Under the pieces are notes generated by a model. That model was given only the letters and a program-made list of their open reading frames with translations, did no database searches and was not told where the DNA came from. From positions 1-50,294 of the forward strand of contig CAZGJX010000016.1 in assembly GCA_964525635.1 (NCBI GenBank): a stretch of DNA of 50,294 nt. The letters are read 5' to 3'. Source of the DNA: an uncultured archaeon (lineage in GTDB: Archaea; Asgardarchaeota; Lokiarchaeia; Sigyniarchaeales; SOKP01). Of this stretch, positions 47,534 to 50,294 are shown one piece after another. The position numbers and the translations under genes are program-made. Within the stretch, counting starts at the first letter, position 1. Every line of letters begins with the position of its first letter.

Positions 47534-48958
47534 ATGAATTTTTATTATGTGGGGAATTTGAGTGATTTGGAAGGATTAACAAGGAATTTATTAAAAAAAG
47601 GTTTTTCAGATAAAAAAATTATTGATAGGCTTCTATTAGAATATAATAATTATAAAGATATTGATGATCAACAAGCTATTAATTTATCAAAAGCAATTTT
47701 AGAAGAATGTAAAAAAAGTGATGTTTCTTCAATTAGAGATCCATTTATCAAGTATTTATTAAACATTAATAAGGCAGGTGTTACTATTGGAAAACAAGGA
47801 GTAGGTTGTAGAGGAGCTGGAGATTTTTTTATTCATAAAATTATTGCAGAGTTCAGTAAAATTGGAGTAGATGTTTTTTTATCTCCAACGTCTTTAGATG
47901 ATGCAGGAGCTGTAAGATTAAAAGATTTTAATAATTTATTAATAGAAAAAAACTCAAGAGATCTAATAATTGTATCAAAAATGGAAGGAATTCATTCAAG
48001 ACTAAGCGATTTCCCTTTTATATGTGGTTTTCATGTTACTCGGGCTACATTACGAGATCTATATGTAAAAGGAGCAAGTCCAATTTCCATTTTAGTTGAT
48101 GTTCATTTAGGAGATGATGCAGATGTTGGAAAATTATTTGATTTTATGGCAGGTATTTCAACTGTATGCGAATTAGCAAAAGTTCCCCTTACAGCAGGAT
48201 CAACCTTAAGGATCGGAGGAGATATGGTTATAGGAAATAGATTAGTCGGAGGTATTGGCGGTATTGGTATTGCGGGAAATAATTTGTTTGCAAGGAGAAA
48301 TATCCAATTAGGGGATAAAATATTAATGACAGAAGGAGCAGGAGGAGGAACAATAACGACAACAGCCATATATTCAGGAAATCATGAAATAGTAAAAGAA
48401 ACATTAAATATAAATTTCTTAGAAGCTTGTGAAATATTACTAGATTCTGATGAGATAAGGGGAGGTATACATGCTATGTGTGATGTTACTAATGGAGGAC
48501 TACGTGGAGATTTATATGAAATTAATTATGAAGCAAATTGTGGAATAATTATTTATGAAGAGAAAGTTCGAGAATTAGTTAATCTAAAAGTCCTAAATCT
48601 TTTAGATGAAGTAGGGGTTGATTATTTAGGTGTATCTTTGGATTCATTACTAATTTATTGTAATGAAGATATATCAAAAAATATAATCAATTTATTAGAA
48701 AAAAAAAATATCAAATGTAATGAAATTGGTTATGTTGATAATTCAAAAACCGTATCTATAGTAATTAAAAATAAGAATACTAAAGAATTTTTGCCAAAAT
48801 TCAGAGAAGCTGCATATACTAAAATAAAACAGGAAATTGGAGAAGATACTCCTCAACAAAAAGAATTAATGGAGCAAAATATTAAAAAAGCTGCAAAAAA
48901 AGCTTTAAATAAACGGAAAGAAATAATTGAATATATGCAAAATTTTAATAGTAAATGA
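47534..48958 (+). CDS. AIR-synthase-related (PurM/HypE/ThiL superfamily) archaeal protein
   Basis: GVGCRGAGDFF.H, LDDAG, EGIHSRLSDFPF..GFHVTRA.LRD, GSTLRIGGDMV.G.R, DVTNGGLRGD, P.FRE.AYT.IK. Confidence 0.85.
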   Translation: MNFYYVGNLSDLEGLTRNLLKKGFSDKKIIDRLLLEYNNYKDIDDQQAINLSKAILEECKKSDVSSIRDPFIKYLLNINKAGVTIGKQGVGCRGAGDFFIHKIIAEFSKIGVDVFLSPTSLDDAGAVRLKDFNNLLIEKNSRDLIIVSKMEGIHSRLSDFPFICGFHVTRATLRDLYVKGASPISILVDVHLGDDADVGKLFDFMAGISTVCELAKVPLTAGSTLRIGGDMVIGNRLVGGIGGIGIAGNNLFARRNIQLGDKILMTEGAGGGTITTTAIYSGNHEIVKETLNINFLEACEILLDSDEIRGGIHAMCDVTNGGLRGDLYEINYEANCGIIIYEEKVRELVNLKVLNLLDEVGVDYLGVSLDSLLIYCNEDISKNIINLLEKKNIKCNEIGYVDNSKTVSIVIKNKNTKEFLPKFREAAYTKIKQEIGEDTPQQKELMEQNIKKAAKKALNKRKEIIEYMQNFNSK

Positions 48959-48978
48959 TTATATAAGAAATCATAGAG

Positions 48979-49650
48979 ATGTTTTGTGAATTTTGCGGAA
49001 CTAAAATACCTCTTGGTTCTAGATACTGTGATAAATGTGGAAGGAAAGTGGAATCTTCATCATTTCAAGGTAAGGAGAGAGAATCTCAAGATCAACTTTA
49101 TATACCTAGTATGTATCAAGGGACGATTTTTGATTCTGAAAATGATTTATACATTTTTAATATGAATACTTATGATATATATGATGATAAGCATCAAGAA
49201 ATTGGGAAATTTAAATTTAAAGACACTCATATAAATTTAGTAGGAGAATTATATGATAGGAATGATGAATTAGTTTTTTCTATTTCACCAACTCTTTTAT
49301 CTATCATGAAAACATATAAATTAATAGACGCAAGTGGAAATCAAATTGCTAAAATTAAAAAACCCCCCTTTTCAGCTTCATTAATGCAATTCTATATTGA
49401 ATCACCATTCAAAGAAAAATGGTTTGGTATTTTTAGAACAAAATCATTAACTTATAAAGTAAAAAGCTATGCAATTAATAATCAAATAGTTGCTGAATTT
49501 GGTCATATTAAAAATTTCAACGAGGTAATATTAGATTTAAATAAAGATAAATCTATAAATTATTATATTTTAAAAGTATATGATCCAAAAATAGATCGAG
49601 CAATTTTAATTAGTGCTTTTCTCATAAATTATCTTTATTTTCATACTTAA
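48979..49650 (+). CDS. zinc-ribbon plus LURP-one/scramblase (tubby-like) domain protein
   Basis: MFCEFCG.....RYCDKCG; repeated Y.I.D..G..I beta motifs; terminal DRAILISA helix. Confidence 0.7.
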   Translation: MFCEFCGTKIPLGSRYCDKCGRKVESSSFQGKERESQDQLYIPSMYQGTIFDSENDLYIFNMNTYDIYDDKHQEIGKFKFKDTHINLVGELYDRNDELVFSISPTLLSIMKTYKLIDASGNQIAKIKKPPFSASLMQFYIESPFKEKWFGIFRTKSLTYKVKSYAINNQIVAEFGHIKNFNEVILDLNKDKSINYYILKVYDPKIDRAILISAFLINYLYFHT

Positions 49651-49763
49651 CTCTTTTTATTAGAATTCAATTTCATTTTCACATTTTCTTTTTATTAATA
49701 ATTAATAGAATTATTATGATTAACTTAAGAATAAAATAAATTATGATGATAAAAAAAGAGGAT

Positions 49764-50294
49764 TTATTGATTTTTAATAAGTTTCAACATAATTAAATCT
49801 ATTGGCAGTAACCATATAGCTATAGATAAAAACATCATCCATTCAAGAAAAGGTCTGGTTAAAGTTTCTGGATTAATAAGGAATAAAATTGCAAATGTAG
49901 GAGTTGAAAAAATCATAAATAATCCAATAATCCTTGGGAAACGAGTATTCTTCAACAATATCACGATTCCATTGAATATAGCAGATAAAGAAAAACCACC
50001 AAATACAATATATGAAAATGTTAGATGTAACCCATATTCAGTTGTTCTATCCTCACTAAATAATCCTATTCCAAAGAAACCGATAATTGCTAAAATAAGA
50101 AAGATGAATCCAATAATGGCTAGTATTTTCATTATAATATGGAAGATTTTCCAAAAAAGATTCTTATTTTCTTTAGAATTCTGATATATCTGGTTAGAAA
50201 AATATATAAATAATGGAAAAAAGATAATTGATGTGCTTATTGCTATTGAATCTAATATAAAAGGAGTGGGAGTATAATTAAATGAACCTAAATC
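49764..50294 (-). CDS. DUF998-like membrane protein, 5' end outside the window
   Basis: Frame is open from 50132 to the window edge (DLGSFNYTPTPFILD...); GIGLFSED, LH, PFLEW motifs. Confidence 0.7.
   Translation of the reverse strand, partial: DLGSFNYTPTPFILDSIAISTSIIFFPLFIYFSNQIYQNSKENKNLFWKIFHIIMKILAIIGFIFLILAIIGFFGIGLFSEDRTTEYGLHLTFSYIVFGGFSLSAIFNGIVILLKNTRFPRIIGLFMIFSTPTFAILFLINPETLTRPFLEWMMFLSIAIWLLPIDLIMLKLIKNQ

Noticed and set aside
708-50184. Short ORFs in the track that overlap long genes (e.g. 708-941, 1893-2186, 4864-5112, 8855-9097, 11229-14207 set, 17600-17881, 20559-20852, 33677-33952, 43189-43669, 45643-45905, 48103-48369, 49972-50184)
   Set aside because: Antisense or alternate-frame shadows of well-supported genes, with no motifs of their own.

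Overview
AT-rich archaeal chromosomal window, most likely from an Asgard archaeon (Lokiarchaeia-like). This is inferred from archaeal-type housekeeping genes (cysS, alaS, dtdA, endoQ, ftsZ) together with Rab-like GTPases, membrane proteins with longin/roadblock-like tails, and an LRR protein. The left part carries translation and metabolism genes, a two-intron tRNA-Cys next to cysS, a secreted S8 protease with a dockerin, a MITE-like palindrome and a SIR2-TPR gene broken by one in-frame TAA. The right part is an F420/methanopterin biosynthesis cluster (mptA, arfC, cofG, cofH, DHPS-like, DUF1464, DUF447, mptD, mptG). The best candidate for an undescribed system interrupts that cluster: a roughly 760-nt non-coding, densely base-paired region (about 37460-38222) with its own promoter, three clear and one eroded tRNA-like modules and a multibranch 3' domain, followed on the same strand by a soluble LRR-TIR protein and a Mut7-C PIN RNase. 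Other observations: three cofactor genes that appear to start at ATT, a second ncRNA candidate near 27350, and a pair of paralogous ~60-aa proteins, one missed by the ORF track. All calls come from motif recognition and manual pairing; no database searches or folding programs were run.
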